From Camelus dromedarius (lineage: Eukaryota): DNA of 64,000 nt. A model generated the notes under the pieces. It was not told where the DNA came from. It worked only from the letters and a program-made list of their open reading frames with translations, and ran no database searches. The position numbers were made by a program, and so were the translations under genes. Location of the stretch: positions 6,696,001 to 6,760,000 of the forward strand of contig NC_087437.1 of assembly GCF_036321535.1 (NCBI RefSeq), read 5' to 3'. Below are positions 11,076 through 21,989 of the stretch, piece after piece (the first letter of the stretch is position 1; each line of letters starts with the position of its first letter).

Positions 11076-12279
11076 GGCCCAACAAGGAGCTACTGTCGGT
11101 GCCCTTGTTTGGTCCGTCTCTCCTTCCCCAGTGACAACTGACAGGGTCTGAAAATGGCCCATTGAGATTCCTGGAAACTGGAAGGTCCTTGAGAGGATCG
11201 GCTGTCTGGGGAGGTCCGAGAGTGAGCACTTCCACATCCCTGTCGTGGAAAAGAGCCCTCCGGATACCCAAGGAGTCAGAGCGAACAGATGGTCCCCCAT
11301 GGCTCCCGAAGCCAGCCAAGTTCAGAATGGTCTGTCAAGAGGTGAAATGTTTCCCTGATGTTTTTATGACTGTAGAATGTTTGAAGAGGCCAACATATAT
11401 CAAGCAGTGTAGACAAGGAAGGACAGCCTCCAAAAGGGGGAAGGAAATAAGAAGCCTTTAAGACTTGGATTTAATCGTCTTGGAAACAGAAATCAATGAT
11501 TTAAAGCTGATTTGTTTATGTTTGTTTACCATGTGGTGCCTAGCGTTCCTGGGATAGAATTTGCTTCACAATTTTAGGATTCTATTTTACATACCAATAA
11601 CACCTTACACTCTCTCTATGTAGTGCATTGCATCCGGAGACCATAAGGCTATCCATCTATAGAGGGACAGTCTCACACTCATGCTTGTCTGCACAGTGAT
11701 GCTGATATTACACCCAGGAAGGGAGAGATGTGAAGACACCCACCTTAATAAATTCTTTGCTATGGAAATAATTTGTTGGAGGATGGTAAACACAGTGCAA
11801 GAATCTCTATAAGCTTTCAGAGTCTGCCTGCCCGGATGACTGAGTGAACCACAACATGAGTTTTCATTTTTCTCTCACTTCCTAACAAATCCAACCCTGA
11901 GTTGGTGGACAAGGAAAATCAAGCAGCAGGGATTATACCCTATGTTCAATATTTACATTTTGTATCTGCAGACCATTGGTGACTAATTTAACCATCAAAT
12001 TATAATGTTAAGGAAACTTACGGAAAAATGATTTTCTCAGTGTTCAAAAAATACAGTACTGTAGGTTGATAATAGCATAAGAATTTGTAAAGGGCACCTG
12101 TGGTGGCATAGTGAATTGACACAAACTCCATAAGGAAACATTTTATTATATCCAACTTCAAGACACCAAGATGGGGAGCTAAGTTTTATAATAACATCAG
12201 CTCATTCCAGATTATTTTATTTTATAAAGCTTTGCAACAATGTGACCATTTCTGAGTTTAATGGATTCTTTCTACCCCA

Positions 12280-12970
12280 AATATTTAATTTGGTGAAAAG
12301 AGGCTTCAGACATCAAGAATTTAATGTCATATTAACAAGGATGCTCACTGCAATATTGCGTATAATATCGAAATATTGGGATGATTTAAAAGTCCATCAA
12401 AAGGAGAGCAGTTATATAAATTATAGTATATTTATGCAATGCGTTCTTGAATCAGTGATGTAAATATACATCTATTGAACATAGAAACATGGCCAAGTCC
12501 TATTATTGGCTGGTAAAAGCAGATTATAAAGTAGCATAAATTGTATCATTCATTTATGGAGTGGGTCTGGGAGGAGGAGCCGCCGGCCAGGGGATGGGCC
12601 AGAGGGTGGGATGATGGAGTCTGTGCTGGCCCCCCACCTCTGGAGGCCCCCTCCACCACGTGGGAGCATAGAGCAAGCAAAAATGGGAGGGGGAAGGAAT
12701 GAGGGCTGTGGGGAAGGGATTATTAAACCTTGCTCGAGCTGAGATTATAGGACCCCTCTCCTGGAAAAAAAAATAGTCATTTATATATCATTGTATGTAG
12801 ACAGATAAATACATGGATATTACCAAGTACAGAAGTATTATATATACTTATACACAATAGTGAGAGGTTCTAGTTGTGATTATACCTGCCTCAATAGTAG
12901 AATTTCAAGTGACATTAATTCTTTGTATTTTTTTTACAATAACTGTACATTAATTTTACCAAAAAAATTT
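12280..12970 (+). mobile_element. Old L1 (L1ME-like) 3' UTR, split by a 219-bp insert
   Basis: ACAAGGATGCTCACTGCAATATTGCGTATAATATCGAAATATTGG..AAAGTCCATCAAAAGGAG; AT-rich L1-like sequence resumes after 12784. Confidence 0.65.
12558..12776 (+). other. TSD-flanked polyadenylated retro-insertion of unknown origin
   Basis: TCATTTAT at 12550-12557 and 12777-12784; ATTAAA at 12722-12727; A9 at 12765-12773; GC-rich body inside AT-rich L1. Confidence 0.6.
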
Positions 12971-12984
12971 AACGATGTTCTCCT

Positions 12985-13397
12985 CTGTATTCATGGTACT
13001 TGAAGGCTAACAACTACATTTCCTAGACTCCCTTGCAGCTTGGATTATGAAAGCAATTTAGGGTCTGCCTACTTCTATGAGAGGTAGCAGACAGCAAGGA
13101 TGCTGGAGCCATTTTTCTGTGGCAGCCCCATCTGATAAATGTGTTTCCAGCATCCTCGGCCCCACATTGGCCCCCTTGTGTCTCTTTGCCAGTTTCATGG
13201 ACGTGAGGCATGTCATGGTGGCGGTGGTGGCAGTTTCCTGACTTCTGAATTACAGCTATGATGAATAGACTTCAGAGGGAAACATCCAGCCATGGTCCCT
13301 GAATTTTGTTCCTTCAGCCCTTCCAACAAATTTGTAAGTTTCTGCCTCAAACACCTTGAGTGATTTCTCTGTCCTACCCTGACCCCCCTGACTGACA
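12985..13397 (+). mobile_element. ERVL LTR33-like LTR
   Basis: AACTACATTTCCTAGACTCCCTTGCAGCT..GGTGGCAGTTTCCTGAC..CCTTCAGCCCTTCCAACAAATTTGTAAG..CCCTGACTGACA. Confidence 0.7.
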
Positions 13398-13409
13398 GGC
13401 CAACCATTC

Positions 13410-13812
13410 TAAAATTTTATCTTCAGTCCAGATCTCCTCCCTGAACTCTGGACTCACCCATCCGACCTTGTACTTGATACTCCATCTGAATGTGGAATAA
13501 GCATCTCAACCTTAAATCCAAATGATAACTGACTTCCCACCAGAACCTGCTTCTTTCACAGCTTTCCCCCATCACCTGATGGCAACTTATACTTCCAGTT
13601 GCTTAGGTCAAATATTTTGAAATCCTTTTTAATTCCTGTTTTTCACAGCTCATTGTCAAGTCTGTCAAAAAGCCCCATTGTCTCTATCTTCAGAATCTCT
13701 GTTTTCCCAAGTAAAATGTAAGTTCCAGAAAGGTATGAAATTTGGTCCATTTTGATCCTTTGCTGGAACAGTGTCTGCACATAGTAGGTGCTCAATATTT
13801 TTTGAATGAAAA
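13410..13812 (+). mobile_element. L2 LINE with 3' terminus
   Basis: CCAGATCTCCTCCCTGAACTC..GCATCTCAACCTTAA..CTTCCAGTTGCTTAGGTCAAA..CACATAGTAGGTGCTCAATATTTTTTGAATGAA. Confidence 0.8.
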
Positions 13813-14089
13813 AATAAAGGAAGAAGTGAGTAAGAAAATGAACAGGTGCCTGGTATTTTTTAGTACATTTTCAGATTTACATGTATCTTAGTCTTATCTA
13901 GAGTTTGATTCACTAAGCGTTTTTATCTTTGAGTGCAGAAATAGGAAGGTATGAAATAATTTACCTTCAGGCTGCTGTGCAGAATGTAAATTGGTCCTCC
14001 TTTCAGTTTTGCAGCTTTAACGAAGATCACAGCAGCATCAACATCAAATATTCGTTAAGCACATACTATGTTGTGTTCAAGGCATTTGT

Positions 14090-15580
14090 GTTTAATTTTT
14101 ATCCACATGATGCTTGTACAGAGTATAATAAATGGAAAGAATGGGAAAAAGAAGAAAAATTGTACCACAAATTTTATAACGAATACTGTTTTCCCGTTCC
14201 ACCCTCTCCCCTATCTTTGAAGTCCCCCTCCACAACCACTTTCAACTATTTTAATTGTTTCTTCTGCTGTTTACCTCCATATTTTAAAAGGACACGCTTG
14301 CATTTCTTTATCTCAAATTTTCCATTTTAAGAATTACTTACTGACTTCCTACCTCAGAAGATGAGGATTCAGCTTTCCAGCGGCATCTTTCCCAATTCCC
14401 CATGCTGTTATTATAGTTATATCAAAGCTTTTGAAAAATTCAATTTTAGCATTTGCTTTATTATGACCTTATAAATACTACAGATGACCTATTTATGACA
14501 GTTTTGATTTTTCCTGGAGTTAATGATTGCTTCACTTTTTTAAAAACTTAGCTTTCTACATAATGATCACTAATTCTTTCTTCAAGCTCTAAAAACTGTT
14601 AAGACTCTTCCCAGTTCAATCAAACATATTAGGTAATCTACCAGCTACTCTTATTGTTTGTTCTTCCAAGTGACTAGAACCCTAAGTCCTCTGAAATGTC
14701 CATCTTTTTTTTCGAGGTCAGAGAGGGACAGTTAGTTGCCTGGCTAGGTGGCGCATGGGAGGAATGCTGGAGATCTGATTCCTCCCTTTGCAAATTTTTT
14801 TCCTGTTTTTCTAAAACTTACTTTTGACATAATTTTAGACATATTGTGAAAATTGCATTCAGTAAGAGTTTCCTTACCCCCTTCACCCAGGTTCCCCACA
14901 GTAACCCAGAATGATTAGCCGTTGCTTTATCATCCTCTCTCTTAGCATAAAAGCAAGCCGGATCCTGTCTTCTTGACTTACGCATTAGTCTCCTATTGCT
15001 GTGTTACCACAGACTCAATGGCTTAAACAACACAAATTTATTATCTGATGGTTATGAAGATCAGCATCTTGAAATTGGCTTTACTGGGCTAAAATGAAGG
15101 TATTGAAGGACTGTCTTTCTTCTGGAGGCTCTAGGAGAGGATCCATTTCCCTGACTTTTCCAGCTTCTGGAGGCTGCCCACATCCCTTGGCTTGTGGCCC
15201 CATTCCTCTTCTTCACAACCAGGAGACTAGCTTCTTTAAGTCTCTGTCTGACTTGGATCCCTATTTTGCCTCTCTCTTCCACGTTTAAGGGCCCTTGAGA
15301 TAACACTGGGCTCACTGGGGTATCCAGAATAAACGTCTTGTTTTAAAGTCAGTTCATTAGCAGTCTTAATTCCATCTGCAACCCTATTCTCCTTTGCCAT
15401 GTATAATAACATATACAGAGGTCTGTGAATTAGGATATCGATGTCTTTGGGGGACCATTATTCTACCTTCCACAGCATGTGTTCATCATTCTTTAAACAA
15501 ATCAGTATTTTCTGGAATAACAAGATATTCCAGGCTCATTTTGTGCTTTCCCTACCCCTGCCCTGGAATTAGCCATCTGT
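14090..15580 (-). mobile_element. Old L1 (L1ME/L1MC-like) fragments flanking MLT1D
   Basis: ACAACCACTTTCAACTATTTT, ATAATTTTAGACATA..CCCCTTCACCCAG, ACAAGATATTCCAGGCTCATTTTGTGCTTTCCCTACCCC. Confidence 0.5.
14981..15474 (-). mobile_element. MaLR LTR MLT1D
   Basis: GGCTTAAACAACACAAATTTATTATC..TTCTGGAGGCTCTAGG..CCAGCTTCTGGAGGCTGCCCACATCCCTTGGCTTGTGGCCCC..GGGGGACCATTATTCTACCTTCCACA. Confidence 0.9.
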
Positions 15581-15589
15581 TACCCCATT

Positions 15590-15745
15590 TAGTCTTTGCA
15601 GCAACAATGATAGTGCTATTATTACTTTTTCTTGACAATGAGGAAGTATGAAACACAGAGAGGTTAATCAACCAGCCCATGGTCACACAGCTGGAAGGAT
15701 GCTGCGACGAAGAAGGGGCCTGGGACTGGAGTGTATCTTACTTCA
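15590..15745 (-). mobile_element. MIR SINE
   Basis: GACAATGAGGAAGTATGAAACACAGAGAGGTTAATCAACCAGCCCATGGTCACACAGCT core. Confidence 0.75.
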
Positions 15746-16278
15746 TGCCTGTGCTGACAACCACTCGATTTCTGGGTGCAGGATGGAAACCTCACCTTCC
15801 AAAGGCAAAACCCATTTTGACTTACGGGTATTGGGAAATAGAATCTACACTTACCATCAAGTCGCATATATAAATATTTTACAGTATGTACTTGAGTTTG
15901 GGAAGTTCGGGTGTGAATGGTAATGCACACATTCCTATGAACAAGTAAAGCACACATAATGAGTGCTTAACAATTATTTCTTGACTGATAGACCAATGAA
16001 TTGTGTAATAACATTCTTTTTATTGTCCTTGAGTAAGTGAGAATCTATGTGCTGAGTTGCTTGCGAGAAGTAGTTCTATAGCAATCAAGCACATATATTT
16101 TTATAATATCGTTTTAATAATTGAGCTCTTGTAACTGAGTTAGGTTCAAAATACGAGCTTTCAGCAACTTGTTTGTTCACATTCTTGATCTGAAGTTAGT
16201 GATTAATTTAAGGGTTGACTTGGATAATACTTCCTCCACAACTTAATTAGTGATGTTGATTTTGGCATAACATTTATT

Positions 16279-16332
16279 TGTGTGTGTGTATGTGTGTGTG
16301 TGTGCGTGTGTGCACGCACACATGTGTGCACA
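16279..16332. repeat. (TG)n/(CA)n alternating purine-pyrimidine tract, 54 bp
   Basis: Uninterrupted alternation; Z-DNA potential. Confidence 0.9.
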
Positions 16333-17409
16333 AAGATGATGTGCGTGAATTAACATTCTGGGCCAGACCTGATGGAGCCCCAGTATAACAGGAAGCTGTT
16401 GGCTTATTAACCACTCACCCCAACCAGTATTTATAATAGAAATAAGCCTTTACCATAAAGCTTCTCCAACAGGCCTTGTAACTGTAATGGCCCTAGCAGG
16501 TGCCGCCATGATGAAGAAGCCAGCCTCCCCATGAACAAATATTAAATTAAAAAAAATCAATCAATCTGTAGTCTCAGTTCTGGCCCGGCGTCATTTCTTC
16601 CAATAATGGCAAACTCAGGGTTTATCAGCGCCTCGTGAACAGGTTAAAGACTTTAGATTATCATTATTTTTGAAGGAGACCAGGCAGTTAGGTCCTTGCC
16701 TTTCACAATTGCCACTTTGGAACTGGCCTGTAAAAGCTGGTGGGACTCGTTGCCTGAGGGCAAGTCCTTTGGCCCTAAGAGCTGGCAGCAGGGAAGGGCA
16801 GGATTTGTAGGGCGGGCTGGTGACTCTTCTCTGGCAGAGCCAAGGAAGCTGTTTCTTCTTTAAGACCTGATGTCATCCGGACGTGGAGGGGTCCACGTTT
16901 GGTTCAGTTGGCCTCAGGAAGGCGTCTTCACCCGTCCTGCTTTGTCCCTGTCTCCTCTTCCATCCTTGGCTGCCCAGGGCACCTAAGCTGCCCTCTCTCT
17001 TTCTGTTTCTGTGCCCCCTTTCTTGGCGTCCCTATTCTGAGACCCACAGACACACCCTGTCTTCCACTCCTCCCCACTGAGGCAGTAAGGGCCAGTGGGA
17101 CCTCTTCTCTGGCTTTGGGCCACGACGCCAGACAATCCATCTGGTTATGTGGGGGCTGTCCGTGGAGAACAGTGTGGGAGCCTGCTGTGGAATTTCAGCC
17201 ATCACTCAAAGTAAGAATATGTGCTGTCTTTCAGGCTGCCACGACTCCACCCAGTGCTGGGGAGGTCACAGGTGTTTGCCATCTGGGTTCTGAAGTTCTT
17301 ACAGAAGAGTCTGTTCTGATGTTCCTCCCCAAGTATCATGGTAGTGTCAGGGGGCTTGAAATTCTGCTCTGTCGGGATTTAGATGCTGTAACTGAGAATT
17401 ATCCAGAGC

Positions 17410-17560
17410 AGTGCTTCTCAAACTTTTAAGTGGGCAGGGACCAGCTGGGGATGTTTCACAGCGCCAGTTTGGAATCTGTAGGTCTCATGTGGGATTCAGG
17501 AACAAGCTCCCGTGTGGTGCTGATTTGGTTGGCCAGTCATCCCAGTTTGAGTCGCAAGAA
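17410..17560. mobile_element. MER5-family MITE
   Basis: CAGTGCTTCTCAAACTTT..AACAAGCTCCCGTGTGGTGCTGAT..TTTGAGTCGCAAG. Confidence 0.7.
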
Positions 17561-18504
17561 CTAGAGAGAGATGTCTTGGGAAATTGTCCCTAGTGCCCCA
17601 TGCCTTTCTCCTGGAGCCCTGTGGAGACTGCCTTTGGTCTAGGAGGAAACATGTGACTCTTTTTTCCCCAGAAGTTTTCTTAAACTTGTCTCTTCAACCA
17701 AATCACTGAACATTTGGCTAACTAGCCAATGAGAAAAGATGTGTTTATGTGTTTTCTTGGTTATGATTGTTCTGAAAATAGTGCCAGCACACCAGTCTTG
17801 TGATCATGTGTAAGTTAAAAATTTTAAAAAATAAAGAAAATCAAATGACCATAAAAAGACATAAAGATAAATTAGTGTCCTACATCACCTCCACACGCAG
17901 TTTGTAGCACCATTCTTCGGATCAGAGAGGGATTTATGGATAAGTCATAATGGGAAGAAAGTGATGTTGATAAATACAAAATCAAGAGCTATATTTGCTA
18001 AATTTTTTTTTGTCTCTCACTGAATGAAAAGCTCCCTTCCTCCAATTTTATATGTTTTCATTTTCATACTGATAGAGGAAGAAAAAGTTTAAGACACCCT
18101 CTCTACATCCTGACATACTTTAAAACAACCTTCCCCCGTCAAATCTTTACCCTGAGCAAAATCCCCATGAAAAAAAGACAATGGATCTGAGGGGCTAAGA
18201 TGGTTCACCCAGCTGAGGCCATAGCTCTGCTAAAACACCTGTAAGACACATGTAACTGGTATTTTTAATACCTGTTTTTCAATTTGACGTGAATTTCCTG
18301 GACAGTTTCCTGGCATGCGTTTTGTGACTCCACCGGAAGTGTTTAGAATTGAATAATATAGTAATTTATTTACAAGGGGAAACTGGGTGGTGAGCGAGTC
18401 TAACATAAAACTGAGCATCAGCAATCCAGTCCACACACGTAAAGGGGTGTGTGGGGGGAGGGTTGTCGTTGTTTGGGGTGAAGACAGGAGGGGCTGTGGG
18501 GAGG

Positions 18505-18680
18505 CTGAAATAGCACTGAATACGTCTAGTGTTTTACTTGCAAAATCTTGCAAGCCCTCTGAGCCTCCGTTTTCTCACCCACAAAATGGGACTGGTAAGC
18601 GGTGCAGTGTCGTTCTCTGCTTCCTGCGTCGGTTTTGAAAATCAAATGACACGAAGTGTATAAATAAGGTATTGGAGTAA
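18505..18680 (+). mobile_element. MIR SINE
   Basis: CCCTCTGAGCCTCCGTTTTCTCACCCACAAAATGGG..GGTTTTGAAAATCAAATGA. Confidence 0.65.
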
Positions 18681-19489
18681 ACTGTCTACAAACCTATGGC
18701 AGATTTTATTCAGGTAGGAGTAAAAAGTCCCAGCACCAGGGCATCCCGAAAGACCCCAGCCCTGTGGCCCGACTCTTCCTTTAATAGTAAAAATCAGAGG
18801 GTTGAGCCCCCATTGCACAAATGATAGGGGAGACCACGAGCTCCCCCTCCCCACCCCACCAACCAGCTTCAGCCCAGCATGTCTGGGTTGACTCACTGGA
18901 CTCATCTTTCTCCCAGTCGCCAGTGTCTCCCGTTCCTCTTACTCCCTGGATCCTTGATTTCCTTCGCATTTTCCTTTCTGTGGTTGATCTTTTAACTCTG
19001 ACACAACAACATCCCTTCTGCTTTGGTTTTTTCAAGACAACTGCTTACGCAGAGCAGTTGTGCGTTTGGTGGTCCTGGCCGCCCCAACAGTGGCTGCAGT
19101 CCTGCTGGTCATGAAAAGGCTTCCTTACAGCAGTCCTGCCAAAGCAGATGCTTTAAAGCAAACATGAGATGCCATTCCTGTTCTTAGAATTTCCTTGGAA
19201 TTCTTGCCACACAGATTTTACCACTGGCAACATCCTTTAAAAAAAAATCTATGTCCAGTGACTGACGTTATTGGCCATGTCGCCTTCCCCTCCTCTGCAC
19301 CTGCACTCACTGTTAGTCCATCTCTCTCTCTCTGTCGTGCTCCCCATTTTGTTCAGCCTACTAAAGAATGCTGCTCCCTCTTGACTTGCTTCGGACTCAC
19401 ATGGAAGCATGTTAAAAACACTTCTGCACGTGCCACATTCAGTCAAAGAACATCTTCTCCTGCCTTCCTTCCTTTAGCCAGGGTTGACC

Positions 19490-20209
19490 TGTTACCAGCT
19501 GACTTGCGTCTCCCAGGAAAATTCCTATGTTAAAGTCCTGAATCTCCAGCACCTCCGAGTGTGACTGTGCCCTTTATTTCTGCCAGTTCTGCATCTGTGG
19601 ATTCAGCCAACCGTGGATCAAAAATATTTGGGAAAAAAAATTCCAGAAAGTTCTCGAAAGCAAAACTTGAATTTGCCATGCTGACAACTCTTTATGGGGC
19701 ATTTACATCATATTTACAATGATTTACACAGAATTTACGTTGTAGTAGGTATTGTAGGTAATCTAGAGATGATTTCATGTATACGGGAAGATGTATGTAG
19801 GTTATATGCAAATACTACATCATTTTATAGAAGAGATTTGAACATCCATAGACTTTGGTATCTGCAGAGATCCTGCAGGTACCTAGGGGTAACTGTTGCT
19901 GGAGGTAGAATCTTTACAGAGGTAACTAAGGTCAAATGAGGTCATGAGGGTGGGGCTTAATCCATATGCTGGTGTCCTTATAAGAAGACGACAGTGGAAC
20001 ACAGACACACACAGAGAAGTAGCCGTGTGCAGATATGGAGAAGAGCCAGCCATCTACCTATGAAGGAGAGAGGCCTCAGAAGAAACCAGTCCTGATGCCT
20101 TGACCTTGAACTCCCAGCCTCCACTACTGTGAGAAAATAAATGTCTGCTGCTACGCCAGCCCAGCCCGCCTGTTACACCTGGGGATGACAGCCTCAGCAA
20201 GCTAATCCA
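19490..20209 (+). mobile_element. MaLR LTR MLT1B, split by MER2
   Basis: Start TGTTAC..TATGTTAAAGTCCT..GTGTGACTGT; resumes GAGGTAACTAAGGTCAAATGAGGTC..GGAGAGAGGCCTCAGAAGAAACC..GTGAGAAAATAAAT; flanks TGACC/GGACC (4 of 5 TSD match). Confidence 0.88.
19568..19896 (-). mobile_element. MER2/MER2B (TcMar-Tigger)
   Basis: GGATTCAGCCAACCGTGGATCAAAAATATTT..GTAATCTAGAGATGATTT..GTAGGTTATATGCAAATACTAC. Confidence 0.88.
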
Positions 20210-21989
20210 GGACCAATAGAAATGTTATAATGTGAGCCTCCTACTCCTATGTGATTTTAAATTTTCCAGCAGCCACATTAAGAAGGTATTAAAAAGAAAC
20301 AGGTGAAATTGATGATAATAACACGTTATCCTCAGCCCCAGTACATCCAAAATATTATCAAAATGGGACCAGTAGAAAAATCATGGAAAATTTGACACTC
20401 TTTTTTTTTTTTTTCCATACCAAGACTTCAAAAATGTGTGCATTTTACACTTACAGCACATCTCAATTTGGTCCAACCCACATTTCACATACCCCACAGC
20501 CATATATGACCAGTGCCTACTGTCTGGGACAGCATGGTTTCAGCAGCCCAGAACACTACCATGTGTTTTGAAATTACCCCTCCTCCTTGGCCTGGGCCAA
20601 CTGACGTCAGAGGCAGAAGTGGAAAGGAGCAGTGTAAAACTGCCTTCTCTTCATTGTTACACCAACTTTCCCTCCAAAAGTCAAGAGGCCAGAGTCGAAG
20701 TTTTTAAACATTTCCCCCTTCCCATCACAAGGGGATTATTGTGAGGGAAATACACATACCAGTTTCCTATACCAGTGGCTCTTTTCAACTCTAATTTGAA
20801 CTTTCCCAGCCAGTTTTGCAACCATTAACCTTTTCCCCCAGCGGTTTGGGGTGGCCTTTCCTTCTGATGCCCTCATTGTTCCAGTTCCATTCTGTGGTCC
20901 CATTTCTAAGATGTTCCTGACCACACCAGGCTTCGTCTTCTCAGATTCTCTCTAACATGTGGAGCCTGGGCCACATCCCCTAGCTCTTAAGAGTTTTGCA
21001 TTTTGCATCACTTACTGTTGTTTCACATACATTTACCTTGTTTTCACAACTAGACTGCAGGACGCATCATGGCTCAGAGGGAAGTGCATAGATCCGAGCT
21101 TGTGCCCTGTCTCTGCTGTTTTACAGACTATGTGTGCCCTTACCTGATGGACTGAGAACCTTTGTGACTTCATGTAGTAGGGATTAAAGCACCTACTTCA
21201 CAGGGTGTTCCTGAAGATTAAATCTATCCAAAATGCCTAACCCTTAGTAGGTTCTCCAGAAAAAGTAGCTAACATTGTCCCTTATAACTGCCTCCCCCTC
21301 GGCCAATTTATTGAGCACCTATTAAACACCAGACTCAGCGCTCTGTCCTGGGGATTCAGCTGCGAACAAGAAAAGCTTCATATTAACTTCTCGGAAACAA
21401 AGAGCAAGTCTTACATTTCTATTTTATTTCATGTTTCAAAACAGGTTGCTGAGTATATGGTAAGCATTTAATACACACTTGTTTATGTAACAATATGCGA
21501 CATAGATTGAAAACCTCAGAGCCCATTGTGAGTTTGGTGTGGGTTTGGGACCTGGTGGCCAGGGTAACAGGAATTTTCAAGGCCTCTTTGGTTTCCTTCT
21601 CAGAAGGTATTCTTCAGAGGTTCCTTAAAAGATACTGTACTGTAAGTGGTGTTTTGACAGCTCAAGATCGGATTTACTTTCCTGTAAGTTTCACTTGAAT
21701 CTTATTCTAGATTGTTTTAGTGTTTAGTCCGTGTTGCCAATGGGCACTCAAAACATTGAAAATTACATGGAAGGGCTATGGAACACAGGAAATTTTAGAA
21801 CAGGAAATCTCTGTAAGTCTCGTTGAATCTGCAATTGTGCCACCCCATAATTACTTTCCTTTGTAATGCTTATCTCCTTAAAATATATAGTATTTGTATA
21901 AATACACATATGCATATGTACAGTACACATATATTAGCAATCTGAACCTGCCTGGTAGTTTGCACTGTAAATTTACCCCTGTCTTTGTA

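Larger units (their letters stand above)
19479..20540 (+). mobile_element. MER33 (hAT-Charlie), split near its 5' end by MLT1B
   Basis: CAGGGTTGACC|...|AATAGAAATGTTATAATGTGAGCC..AAAAAGAAACAGGTGAAATT..CATTTTACACTTACAGCACATCTCAATTTGG..GGACAGCA. Confidence 0.8.

Noticed and set aside
16502..16534. GCCGCCATG Kozak-like start opening MMKKPASP*
   Set aside because: Only 8 codons, no promoter or exon support; better read as part of a motif cluster
16899..17429. 176-aa ORF
   Set aside because: Non-ATG start, no homology recognised, runs into a MER5 element
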